Assembly (NCBI GenBank): GCA_048013815.1
Contig: CM106585.1
Coordinates: 18,166,001 to 18,230,000, forward strand
Origin: Setoptus koraiensis
Taxonomy: Eukaryota; Animalia; Arthropoda
Length of the DNA stretch: 64,000 nt
Reading direction: 5' to 3'
Numbering within the stretch: position 1 is the stretch's first letter; the number at the start of each line of letters is the position of its first letter. Made by a program: the position numbers and the translations under genes. Under the pieces are notes generated by a model. It searched no databases. It was given only the letters and a program-made list of their open reading frames with translations, and was not told the origin of the DNA. Below, in pieces: positions 14,190 through 26,977 of the stretch.

Positions 14190-15016
14190 GGTTGCTTATT
14201 TGTTTAATTGGCTATAATTATAAAATAAAGAACAGATAACGGAGTGCGATTGCCTGGGTTTTCGAGTGATAAAGTGGCCATGAGGCATTTCTGTGCGTGC
14301 TCTATATAAAGTTGTGTGATTAGATCATGGTGGCGACGCGCTCATACCGAATAACAACTGCGTCAGTGTGCTTTCACATGAGTCAATTCAGCATACACAG
14401 AAGCGCCTCTCTCGGACTTAGATTGCACTGCGAATGAAAAATCACGTGCATTGCAGGGCGCCCACGTTGAAACGTAATGCTATTCTTGTCAGCTGGTGTT
14501 TGTATCAATTGCATCACACATGCTTCATGTATCGGAAAGCGCAAGCAACACGCATCCAACCAAATGTGTGCACCTGTTTTTTATCATTTTGTTGCTGTTA
14601 TTACTCTTTTTGTTTACCACATTTTTTTTATTTTATTATTTCTCTTTTGTTATAAATACATATTGATCCAACATTCGTTCAATCGTTCAGTTTGAGGATT
14701 CATTAACAAGTCTTTCTCAAGATATACTTAAGTTATTATGATCGGTGGGCCCGTCTAGTAACTATTGGCAACAAACTACTACCGCTACTGCTATGATGTG
14801 GTGCCAATAACACAACTATTTCATTGTTGTTGTCATTTTATCACTAACAAATATTTTACTGTCAGCCACCACAACCGAGGCACAATTATTTGTTTGTACA
14901 ATCAATAGAGGCATCATTTATCCAATGAGATTCGAACCATAACACACCTCAGAGAAACAATCAGCCAACTATTACACATACACACCCATAAAGCCTGTAT
15001 ACACTTGTAGATCGAA

Positions 15017-17237
15017 ATGAAACATCAATGTGATAAATTTCATGTGTTTGCTGATAATGACGAGTCCATAAAGTAAGTAGTTATGAGCGGAATTCTTCCT
15101 CATTAATTAACCTATATAGTCTGATGATTGAGGCCTGTCTAACTATCATTTTGCTTACTATTATTACCACAGGAAAGCGCTGGAATGTGTTGAACGAGCA
15201 TCTGTTGACAAGTTGAAAGTTTGTGTTGTGTCTATTATTGGTAGGACACCCATTGATTCCACGGTCAAGCAAGACATAATAAACTCGTTGCTTGGTAGAA
15301 AAACAACGCGTGGCAACTCTAATATTAATTATTTCACAAGCTCCTCCAACACCACAGCCAACCAAAATCAACCAGCTAAGGGAGGCAGTAGTGACCCGAC
15401 AGGTGGCGACAACGCTGAGAATGACGGTCCAAATTCATTAGAGAACAATCATGTACAACAAAATACCAGTAGGCAGTACGAGAATCAAGTTATTGGTCTG
15501 CTCGACACTAAGGCTAGTGTTATCATATTGCAATTGTCGTCATTTATGGATTTGAATCAACTAGAGTTTCTAGTATCTAATCAGAAAAATTTTTTCAATG
15601 ACGAAACTATTCTACACAGCTGGCCTCAACTAAATCAGAATCTTGTCAAGACACTGCTCATTTTATATCTACTATCGCACATTGTAGTTATTTATAGTCC
15701 TGAACCTAGCTTTGATGCCCAATCTATACGCCTATTCCGTGTCTTGGAGGATCTGAGAAAACGTTCCCAACCTAGAGTTTGTGATTTACTTGGAGTGCTC
15801 GGTGCACCGCAAATGTTTCCACAATTTTGGATCAAATCGGGCCGCCTATGTTGCCCAAGAACATTGTTTGTATTCGATGCCACACATTATCCTAGTAACA
15901 TAGACATTTGTCAAGCTGAACGCAACCTAGAGGACCACATCTATAAACTATTGAGGAAATCAGGTATAATAAGTAAACACAACAATGACTCTTGCTCACT
16001 ATTTTGTCTACCACCGGGAGACAATTATGTTTTTCTTGTCACAAAAAAAGATCTAATATCATGTAGAAACAAAACTCTCAGGAGCGAAAAGAAAATATTT
16101 GATATCAACTTTTATAGCAGCCTTTTGATGCAATTGTCCACAAAAGATGAACGTGATATAGGATATCCGTCTACTTTGATTGAGCACCTAAATCAACACC
16201 AGGACCAATCGCACGACGAAGACGCAGAGCACCTAAAATCCAGTCTGTTGTCATCGAGCAACACCAAATCAACTAATATTAACAAACACCAACAACACGC
16301 CTCTATGAATGGGAGTAATAGATTTAGGAAATTTCTTAAGCTACACATTGATCAAGCGCTCAGAGCTACTGTAGCTACCTCTGAACATGGATCTTCTAAT
16401 AAATCTTTGACGGCCGGACCTCAAACAAGACAGGCAGCTTTTACATTGCCAAGAACTGATAACTTCTTAAAGACCTTGATTAAGATCAAAAATTTGCTAT
16501 TTCCGACGTTTGACAGCGCCTCAATCGCACCACAACAAGACAATTCAACTGAGGCCAACTGTGATATATGGCTCGTGCCAGATGAACGCCGTTTCGTTGA
16601 TATATATGATTTATTCGACACTGATAGAGTCTTCTCTGAAATACATTGTATTAAAGTGTATAATGCTTCAGTAGAGTTATACATCAGAGGAAATCCTAAA
16701 GTATACGACAGCAAATATCATCAAGAGAAATCTGATCTCGCGAAAAAATTTTACGCCATACATGCTAGAGGGAGCTCCTATCATACTCATTTAAACAAAT
16801 TGGCGGACCAATGCGAAATTCTTTGGAATGATGGCCATAGACTGTGCGAGGCAGTTGGATGTTTTCTGTTCAGCGAAAAACGCAACTCCGCTTGTAATAA
16901 TCCTTTGCACAATCAATCTCTATCAATTAAAACAACTGTACACAATGGTCCCAAGTCTAAGCAGCACCACCACAAAGACTCTACATCAACCAACACTAGT
17001 AGTATATTGAATCCCCACACTACTAAGGTTTCTCATGATGAATCCGGCAAGAATAGCAACAAACAGAATAAATCAGCGTTTGATAGTATGCACATAACAA
17101 GAAATCAAGCTGGCATCAGATTCACTACTTCGTGTGAATGTGGACGCAAACAGACGTTTGTCATAACTCCCAAAGATAAAAAGAAAAAGTTGGAAAGAAT
17201 CGGTATTGAGAAGATAAATACTTGTACAGATTTTTGA
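15017..17237 (+). CDS. SMG8: Nonsense-mediated decay factor SMG8, ~706 aa; exons 15017-15072 and 15173-17237
   Basis: KVCVVSIIG, LYLLSHIVVIYSPEPSFD, GRLCCPRTLFVF, HARG...CEILWNDGHRLCE and CECGRKQ match SMG8 blocks as I recall them. A 100-nt intron (GTAAGT...CTAAC...CACAG, 15073-15172) links to an in-frame ATG at 15017 (2,121 nt). A further upstream exon is possible (TTGTAG at 15005-15010). Confidence 0.85.
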
Positions 17238-20200
17238 TCACAATAATAATGGACAAAATTGATAGAAATTTGAGAAGCTGTCAGATTTCAAGTTTGGCAA
17301 GAAAAGTTAATATTTCCATTAATAAACTATAATCTATAACTCATACATGATTTGACTCCTATTTTGTTGCTCAGTTCGGTTACAAGTCACTGGTAGATGA
17401 GTTTATAGATAGATAGGTAGTTGGCGAAGTCAATATTTACAGATCAATTTATACAATCAATATGTCGCCATGTTGACCTGAAAAAGCTCGTCAAAGATAC
17501 GATAGCCTCAGTCACTTAGACTGTTGCTCTTAGATAAACTTGGGATACAAATTGTATCAAACAATCAGTAGTTAATACTTAGTCTTGCCAACAATGTAAA
17601 ATAGAGACTCATATATGAAGCATATAGTTGAGATTGAATTGCGTAAGATAATGAGCGAGTTGGTCAGATGACTAGATTTGCCACAAGTGCTAAACGTGAT
17701 TTTGATTATATTACATAATACAAAATGCTCACATGAGTGGATGTAACAAAGTATTTGCCGATTGTCAACACAGTTTCTCGTTTAAGTATATCAGATTAGT
17801 TGCTATTCAAGGTATGTCTTAGGGTGTTCAAAAAGTAATGTGATAGGCAGTTATAAAGTTGCAACAATTGTTGACATTCTCATTCAAACGTATGAAACAT
17901 TTGCACTGTACTGTATTTGTATGAAATACTTTGTAATTGCACTTTACATTAGAGAGGGATACAGCGTGAGATAATGAGCACTTGTACACTTTCTTGTGTT
18001 TCTACAGTGCCATTTCCTGGTGAGCTGCTCATTAACCGCGAAGACTTCAATAATCAGTGTGAAGAATAGGATTTGAGGCGTCTCGATTTGACAAGACAAA
18101 TTGGCAAGGAAAGCAGATTTGGTGTTAGTTGCCACTGATTTAGTGCAAGAGCTCACACAATGAGATTACGGAGCTCGAATTCGTTGATTATGAGGAAGTG
18201 ATAATGATGAGAAACGAATTCATTTTGAATCAACTGTATTTAGTCGCACTGTCTCATAAGTTTTGCGACACCCTGCTAATGGTTTTTTTTCATTATTAAT
18301 GTTGCCGCAATTATGAGTCAAGATAGAGATAGCAATAATGAGAATATAAATACGTCTACAATTTGAGAAGGACGAGAAAGCGAGGTATGTACTCATGTGT
18401 TTGTGAATAATATGATTTGAAAAGCATCTGACAAGATATAAGTATGATGAATTATGTAACTAGACTATCAAATCATTTCTGGTCTCTCAGTGATTGATTT
18501 CGCGATCAACTAGGTTACTTTATTAGATCAATTAGTTTTGTTGTTCAAATTACATTTGATTCACTATTGAACAAGGCAAAAATTCACTTGGTATTTGGCA
18601 GTGCAGACAATCGTCATTTATCATTTCAACATGTCGCCTCATCAACTTCAAAGGACAACAAAGGCGCCAAAATGGTGTTCCACTGACAATAGACGTAGAA
18701 AAGTATATTGCGGATATTCTCAACAATCAACAGGTTTTCGAACAAGAAAAGAAACAAACTCATATATATGCAGCTGTAGAGGCCAAGATGAATCTATGTT
18801 TAAAAGTCTAGATCATCTCGTAGAGATGCATGCTTTTTAAAATATAAACGGAAGAAAAAAAAATGCAAATGCAACATCTAATTGAATTGATAAGAATTGT
18901 AATATTATGTTAGCAGGTAGTATATAAGATACAAGTAAACTCTGGTAGTTAGAATAAACAAATAAATAAAAATGATTATATTTCCCATAACTTGTTTTTC
19001 GTATGGCCAGAATAAAATTTACTTGTGTAATTTTATCCACCTTTATCAACAATTACTGTTCCAGTTTTGTCTTATCAATTCATTCAAACGAAGTAGCCAT
19101 CGACAGATCATGTAACAGTGGTCAATAGGCAATCGATCGCCGCCTAGTATTGATAATCGTATTCATGTCCTAACACTCGATCATTGACAAGGTCAGTCAG
19201 GTCAATTGGACTACTATTACAGTTCACTCATTATGAGTGTGTATTGTGAAACAAGAAATATACCAAGAACGTGACTTATCGCCCCTAGACATCGTTGTTA
19301 TTGGCCAATGTAGAGTTCATGCTCTTAATAATAATACCGATAACGACAGGTTTAGTTTGGGCATTATTTATCAGAGATCTATGTCATCGAGACAGTTAAC
19401 TCGACACCAGCTTCAGTTCATACGGTCTGTGGATAAAAATGTTGTTGTTGTTGCACGAAATAATGCTTCAGCATGATTTCAATTTACACGCTGTATACGT
19501 TATACGCTAGAGATATTGTTGAATTGGAATCTAACTTTTGCTCCTCTTCCTGACTTCAAGATAGCTCTATTATTTGTCCAACTAACCATGGCGTTGAACA
19601 TTGCTATAAATGCATGTTCACGAAAATTGTGTGATAGTTGATGCTTGAGCACACAATCCTTTTACCTCTACTCTTACATAATGTATGTTTACGTGACATT
19701 CAATAATGACGCCATAATAATAGCGTCAATAGTAACGCTGCTACATGCATTATCGTCTTCACTTCACATAAATGTTTTTCCTCTAACTTCTTCGGCGCAT
19801 AACTGCTTCTCACACAATACTTGCATGAAAATAACATGGCAGCATCTAACTAGATATCACTCAAATACATATTTATATATAGAGATATATACATAAGTAT
19901 TGACATTGATGTGATTGGGTAATGAAAAAACTCGGGTTAAGTCACCTTCGGTGCTTTAACACATACATTGCATGCAGGTGGTGGTGGTTCAAGAGAGACA
20001 TGGAAGAGAACAATTATTCAAATGTCTGAGAAGAAGATTGTTGTGCAAATTTGGGCCACCTCATTCGCCTGGAAGCTGGCTCAACATTTGTACCTGTAAA
20101 CACGCCATAAGTAGATGAGTAACTGCAGCAACGACAACGACAGCAACAACAACAACTACGACCACTGCTATTAGCATTAGTTCATGAGAGTATGTGGCCA

Positions 20201-22262
20201 GATAGTCTAGTAAGTCTGTCTTGTCCTTCAATAGGAAATAATCGTGTATATTATAAGCTTTATTGCCTTAGTTGATGAAATTTATACAAGTCAAAGTTTA
20301 AGTCTCCAGTGTACGTATATTTTCTCTCTCTGTCTCTCCTCTCGAGAATCAACCACCACCTACTACTACCTGCGCAATCTTTGATAACCATTGATAACAG
20401 TATTAACAACAAGGCCGCTGTAGTTGAACACTAAGCGAAGATGACTCTCTAATGGATAGTTAGTGTTCACTTCAAGATGATGCAAGCGACTCTGCCATCA
20501 ATTTGCTTCAAGACGATGTGGACGACTGTCATGGGGGTTGGATGGAGGCTTCATTAACGACGGCGATTGTAGAGATCTAGAGAGAAAAGAGAAGATGGCC
20601 AGAAAAAATAGTTGCCTCCAGATTATATGGTTAACCATTGTCTCTGTTGCATGATGGCAAGTTGCTCTGTTTCTATTTCTGTTGTTGCCGTTATTGTTGT
20701 TGTTGCTGTTGCGTTTGTTGTCGATTTTGATCTTGTTGCTGTTGCAACTTAGAGCTAGTTACATACGTACACACAACAATAGTTGAGTGCTGAGTCTAAA
20801 GTGGCTGGTCAGTTTCGGATTCATCACCAGAGGGGGCAGCAAAGTTCATATCGCAGAGGTAACTGTAATGTAACGGCATCTAGCAGCGAGAACAACAAAA
20901 ACTAACTTACTTCAACAACTTGCGATAGGATGAACGTCATCACCGCTTGTCTGTCTTTTATCCCACCCTAAACTTTACTGTACTAGTCACTACCACTAGA
21001 CCATGCCGTCAAGCTGCCCCGTCCACCTTTGCTCCAGTGGGTATTTTGTGCATGTGTGAGTGTGTGCTTGTGTATGGAACAGCTATCCAGAGCTAGCTCG
21101 ATCAAACTGCTGCAACAATACAAGATCTGCCGTTGTTGCTGTCGTTGTTGTTGTTGCTGCTGCTGCTGATGCAATGGAAACAACAATAATGCAGCACAAT
21201 ATCAGTGCTGTGTAGTGGTCAATGGCATAGAAAAGGGTACACATTGCTGCTGAATTGAAATAATGCTGCAAAGAGAGGGGGCTCTAGTCGGAGAACAACA
21301 ACAGCGACAGCGACAACGACGACAACAACAACAAAAAAGAACCAAGGCGAAAAAATACTGGCCAGACTAATGAGAAAAGGGCTAGCTTAGCGACGCAATA
21401 GAGCAAGAGCTTGCAACAACAAGGACGACAACGGCGACAACGTTTGCAAAATCTGTCTTGACTTGATTTACTGGCAAAGTTGGTTGCTAAGATACACCTG
21501 CTGTTGTTGCTGCTTTGGCCGTTGCTGACGACGACGACGACAACATTGAGACAGAGAGCGGGTAGAGAATAGAATAATATTCGCGATAACGTTACGGTCA
21601 AGGTTTGTTGTTGTTGCTGTTGCTGTTGTTCTGTTGCCGAGAGAGCACTTTTGGTATACTTTTAGTATTCAACGAAACGGCAACAACGACAGTATTTCTC
21701 CAGAAAAATACAGTTAAATTTGTGCAAATCAAGCCACATCTAATCGAGTAGCAAGTGCCACGTTACAATCAGTCTGTACTGATAAATTTCTATAAATATC
21801 AATGGCTAATAATTAGCCATGATTGGTGTGCAGTCAAACCTATTTGCCGCTGTTAACCTAATGCCATAAGTGCACAGTGCAGTGTGATGGTGTTTGCACA
21901 GTTAGTTGTTGGTAGTGACATATCGTCGGTGATGGTGAGAATTTGCTTCAAAAACAATTGGTATAACGCCGAAAACAAATCGCAACATTTAATTTTAATA
22001 TATACAGATCAAGAGTAATGTCAAGCAGTCACTCATGAGTGCAGGTATTAGTAGTCAGTATAAACAAAATTATACACTTTTAAGTATTCGTTTACAAACA
22101 ACAACAACAACGACAGTCACCACGTACACCAGCCAATTATCAATTGGTCGCTGCCTTTAGCCGTAGTGCCACAGTATAGGGTCTCCCTTCGCACAATATA
22201 ATTCTCCCTTAGTATTGTGTTGTGCTTTTCTGTCGAATATTGACGGAGGAGAAATAGCACAA

Positions 22263-22545
22263 CGTACACACACACACACACACTCATACACACACACACA
22301 CTCACACACACACACACATACACACACACGGACATACACTGGAGCGCATACACACAGACACAGACACACACACACACACACACACACATACTCATACCAA
22401 TGGTGGCAAAGGTGGCGCAAATGAGAAGCAGTCTGGCAGCCCAGCACACATAAAAATTAAATTTGCCTTTAATGGTGAATACACACACACACACACACAC
22501 AGAAAAACACACACACACAAACACACAAACTCACTTACACATACA
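22263..22545. repeat. Interrupted (CA)n microsatellite cluster upstream of PLXDC
   Basis: Direct reading. It generates spurious HT/VC-repeat ORFs. Confidence 0.9.
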
Positions 22546-23263
22546 CTCACTGTGAATTAGTTAGTGGATACAGATAATAATAATTAATATCGAATCTCAA
22601 GAAAATTTCAACCAAATTGAGATTTCCACAAAGAAGCAGCCAATCGAACGTATAGAAAATAATCGTCGAGAGGTCTCGTCGTTGTCGTCGCCATCGTCGA
22701 GCACATTATAGGTCGAATATCTTTTTCGAACAATTTTCAGTCGAATGCACTGCAGCGATCGATAATCAAAATTCGATCACAGACAATTCGATCGTCGTCA
22801 GCAGCCAACAGCGTATTGTGTCTGCACATTACGTCCATAACAACAAAAATCATTGATCAATTAAATTCTAAATGGAATCCTATCAAACAATGAATACTAT
22901 TGCAAAACAATTTCTACTATTGATTATGGCCAATTAACTGTTTTACTGCAAACTTCGCTACCAATGCAAGTCAACACTGTGAATCTCATTAGAATAAACT
23001 ACCAGCGCACAGGAATATTCGACCACAGCATTTACTAGAATCTCTCGGAATCTTTAAGAATCCTTTTGGAGTTGCAACAATCAACAACTACTACTTATTG
23101 ACTAATACTATTATCATCATCCTCATAGAGACAATATATAAATATATATAAATACAAGCATAGCTGGTGTTACTGTACATCGCACGTTGGTTTCGATTAC
23201 ACATTATTTACCTTAAGTATATATCCAAACTATATCAATTTGTTTGTTTCAACGGTCATAACA

Positions 23264-26139
23264 ATGATCATGAGTTCACATCATTATTTGGTCGTCACGA
23301 CGACCCTTCTGTTAATTTATGCAAATGGAAATGGTTGCACAAACGCAACTACCACAACTACCACCAACCAATTCGGATTATCATCATTAATCAGTAATAA
23401 TCAACAAACGAATCTCAATATAACCTCATCACCTTCGGCAAACTCACCCACGGCGGACATGTCATCCAACTCAAACTCATCCAGCAACAATAATGGAGAT
23501 CCAGATGATGAGATCATGACTGCCGAAAAGGGCCAAGAACCAACTAGCCCGAATGGAACTAAAGGAACGGAGGACACACATACATTCTACAAGCCAGAGT
23601 ATATCTCTAACAGCACGCGTGCCATGTCTTACTGGCTGGATTTCTCGAAATTAAATGTACAAAATTCGACTAAACACGAGATGCTGTCTAAATCACCCCC
23701 CCCCACCCCCCCCCACCCCACACACACCCCCCCCCACCCCCCCCACACCCCCCCCCCACCCCCCCAGACCCCCCCCCACCCCACCCCACCCACCCCCACC
23801 CACCACCCCCCCCCCACCCCCCCCACACCACCCACCCCACCCCACCCCCCCCCCACACCCCCCCCCCCCCCCACCCCCACCCCCCACCCCCCCCACCCCC
23901 CCCCACACCCCCCCCCACACCCCCCCACCCCCCCCCACACACACCCCCCCCACCCCCCCCCCCCCCCCCCCACACCCCCACACACCCCCCCCCACACCCC
24001 CCCCCACCCCACACACCCCCCCCACCCCCCCCCACCCCACCACCCCACCCCACCCCCCCACCCCCCACCCCACACCCCACCCCCACACCACCCCCCCACA
24101 CCCCCCCCACACCCCCCCCCACCCCCCCCCCCACCACCCCCCCCACCCCCCCCCCACCCCCCCACCCCCCCCCCACCCCCCCCCACCCCCCCACACCCCC
24201 CCCCCCCCCCCCCCACCCCCCACCCCACCCCCCCCCACCCCCCCCCCCCCCCCCCCCCCCCCCCACCCCCCCCCACCCCCCCACCCACCCCCCCACCCCC
24301 CCCACCCCCCCCCCACCACCCCCCCCACCCCACCCCACACCCCCCCCCCACCCCCCCCCACGCCCCCCACACCCCCCCACACCACCCCCCCCACCCCCCC
24401 TCCCCCCTCCCCCCACCCCCCCCCCACCCCCCCACACACCCCCCCCCCACCCCCCCCACCCCCCCCCCCCACCCACACACACCCCCCGCCCCCCCCCCAC
24501 ACCCCCCACACACCACCCCCACCCCCCCCCCACCCCCCCCCCCCCCCCCCACCCCCCCCACCCCCCCACCCACCCCCCCCCCACCACCCCCCCCCACCCC
24601 CCCCCCACCCCCCCCCTACCCCCCCCCACACCCCCACCACCCCACCCCCCACACCACCCCCCCCCCACCCCACCCCCCCCACACCCCACCCCCACCCCCC
24701 CCCCACCCCCCCCAGCCCCCCACCACCACCCCCCCACCACCCCCCCACACCCCACCCACCCCCCCCACCCCCACCCCACACACACCCCCACCACCCCCAC
24801 CCCACCCCCCCACCCCCCCCCCACCCCCCCCACCCCCACCACACACACCCCCCCCCCACCCCCACCCACACCCCCCCCCACCCCCCCCACCCCCCCACAC
24901 CCCCCACCCCACCCCCCCCCACCACCCACCCCCCCCCACCCACCCCACCCCCCACACCCCCCCACCCCCACCCCCCCCACCCCCCACCCCCACCCCACCC
25001 CCCCCCACCCCCCCCCACACACCCCCCCACACCCCCCCCCCACACACCCCCCACACCCCCACACCTCACATCGACGCGCCGCGCCAATTAAACTGACATT
25101 CGACTTTCCTTATTACGGACAACCATTGAGGAATATTATTATTGCAACCGGGGGGTTCTTGTACGTTGGCGAACATCTGCATCATTGGCTGGCCGCGACA
25201 CAAAATATCTCACCATTGATGGCCAATTTTGATTTGAGCACCAGCAATGATTCTGATATACATTACTATGACGATGGCAAATCACTGACGGTTCAATGGC
25301 AAAATGTTCAAATGAAAGATCACAAGCCAGAAGGAAATTTCTCGTTTCAAGTCACTCTCAACAAAACAGGAGATATTATTTTTGTCTATAAACATTTGCC
25401 CGTGACTATCGACAAGATACCAGAAGATGAGCATCCCGTTAAAGTAGGCATATCAGATGCATTCTTAGTTGACAAGGTGGTCTTCTTCATCAGGCGGAAA
25501 ACTATATACGATTACCATCGCATAAATCTCAAAGAAAATTTTGAAATAACAAATCAAACAGCAATAATACTTAAAGCTTTACCTACTTGCAATCAATATG
25601 ATTCATGTGAAACATGCTCAAAAGCTAATTCTACTTTGGGCTGCATTTGGTGTCCTACAGTCAACAGATGCTCGAACGGATATGACAGAAAAAGGCAAGA
25701 GTGGCTACAAAATCATTGCGATATCCTCAAGTCATCCGATTGCTCCGCTAAGGCTGAACCTTCAGCTTCTGTCAAAATTTCAGGTTCTCAGACACAAGGT
25801 AAGAGAACTTGCATACGTAATAGAATGCTTCCTTTCTTTCTGTTGTCACAATTCTAACCTTATTCTCGATTTACATTACTCATTTTTATTTTACTAGAAT
25901 CAGCTAACCAAAAGCTTGTTCGTGATATAGATACGGAGCCCCGTTCAGGCGATGGAAGTACAGCTTTTGCCTCACTCTTGATGCTTGTTGCATTAACTTC
26001 TGGTGTCGCTCTATGGGTATTCTATGCATACAAAAACCCACAAACTCCCTCTGGTCAACTACTAATTAAATATCGCCCCGGCAACTGGAGATGGCAAGCA
26101 ACCGAAACCCGTTATACTGCTGCATCCATTCATATGTGA
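23264..26139 (+). CDS. PLXDC: Plexin domain-containing protein (PLXDC1/2-type single-pass receptor), 467 aa once the C/A insert is removed; segments 23264-23696, 25070-25798, 25898-26139
   Basis: Signal peptide, then HEMLSKS|HRRAAPIKLTFDFPYYGQPLRNIIIATGGFLYVG...LMANFD...HPVKVGISDAF, a PSI domain (PTCNQYDSCETC...CIWC...RCSNGYDRKRQEW), a transmembrane helix and a YAYKNPQTPSGQLLIKYRP tail. Intron 25799-25897 is 99 nt, GTAAGA...CTAG. As assembled the gene is frameshifted by the insert. Confidence 0.9.
23697..25069. repeat. 1,373-bp irregular (CnA)m low-complexity tract interrupting PLXDC, flanked by a TCAC direct repeat
   Basis: Almost only C with isolated A, plus a handful of G/T; I found no AA dinucleotide. 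TCAC occurs at 23693-23696 and 25066-25069. Confidence 0.97.
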
Positions 26140-26977
26140 GAGCAATCAAATATTTGCATCTATCATAGAGCTTCGCTCACAAGTAATATTGTTGGAAATT
26201 GAATCGGAAATGAAAGAATCTTATTGTGAATATTAAAGTGGAATCTTAAATAAAATTATAAATATATATAATATATATATATATACGTATGTATATATGG
26301 TATATCTATCTGCATAGAATGATTGCAAAATATAATAAGGAGCAAATGAACAGTAAGTCACTAAGGAACTGCTAGATGTTTCCATGGCTGAATTGTTATT
26401 CCAATCAATTATTTCCACCTACATCTATAGAACTTGTTAAGATGAGAATGAGTTACAATTTAGTGCAAGTGCGATTCTTGGGTTCAAAAGAAATGAATGG
26501 CTACTTCATCCCTTATTCTCGTCATTGATAAGAGGCTGCCGCTGATATAAATAACTTCTTCCGGTGATCATCTTGCAAATTTCTTATGTGTGGGCATTTG
26601 TGAGGTAGATTGAGCCTTCACGGAGTGCAAGTACTTATATTGTTGTCTCTGATAGCTAAACCATAATGTTTTGGGATTGATATATACATAAAAGCAGGCA
26701 TACACCAGAAAAAACACAGAGCACAATACTAGTTGCATCGCAACTATTTGATTTAGTAGACCTATTTTGTTTTTTTATTGCCAAGGAACTTCCAAAAAAT
26801 CTGACGTAAACTCCTAGTTTCTAAAAGAAAGTATTAATTCTAAAGAAATCAAAGCTAAACTAAATAAACGGCGATCTAAATCGCCGGCACCAAGTCTCGT
26901 GATATAGAGTAAAGGTCATCTGACAATAGAAACGCGACTTAATGCGCTACAACTGTATAGCTATGAGAGTGATCAAC

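Noticed and set aside
14927-14938. tRNA B-box/T-loop-like GGTTCGAATCTC on the minus strand
   Set aside because: The T-stem does not pair, and no A-box or cloverleaf can be built.
17352-17420. Good branch point and acceptor (AG 17373-17374) after SMG8 as a possible continuation exon
   Set aside because: All three frames stop within 14 codons and none resembles the SMG8 C-terminal domain.
18338-18810. Protein-like frame (GVPLTIDVEKYIADILNNQQVFEQEKKQ) with a nearby GTATGT donor
   Set aside because: There is no usable start: the joined model has an in-frame stop at codon 4, and I recognise no homology. At best a degenerate fragment.
23629-25096. Extensin-like poly-Pro/His/Thr and poly-Gly/Val/Trp ORFs in all six frames (tempting as a plant cell-wall mimic)
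   Set aside because: A C/A-only strand or G/T-only strand cannot contain stop codons, so every frame is open by composition. There is no codon-position structure, and the flanks belong to PLXDC.
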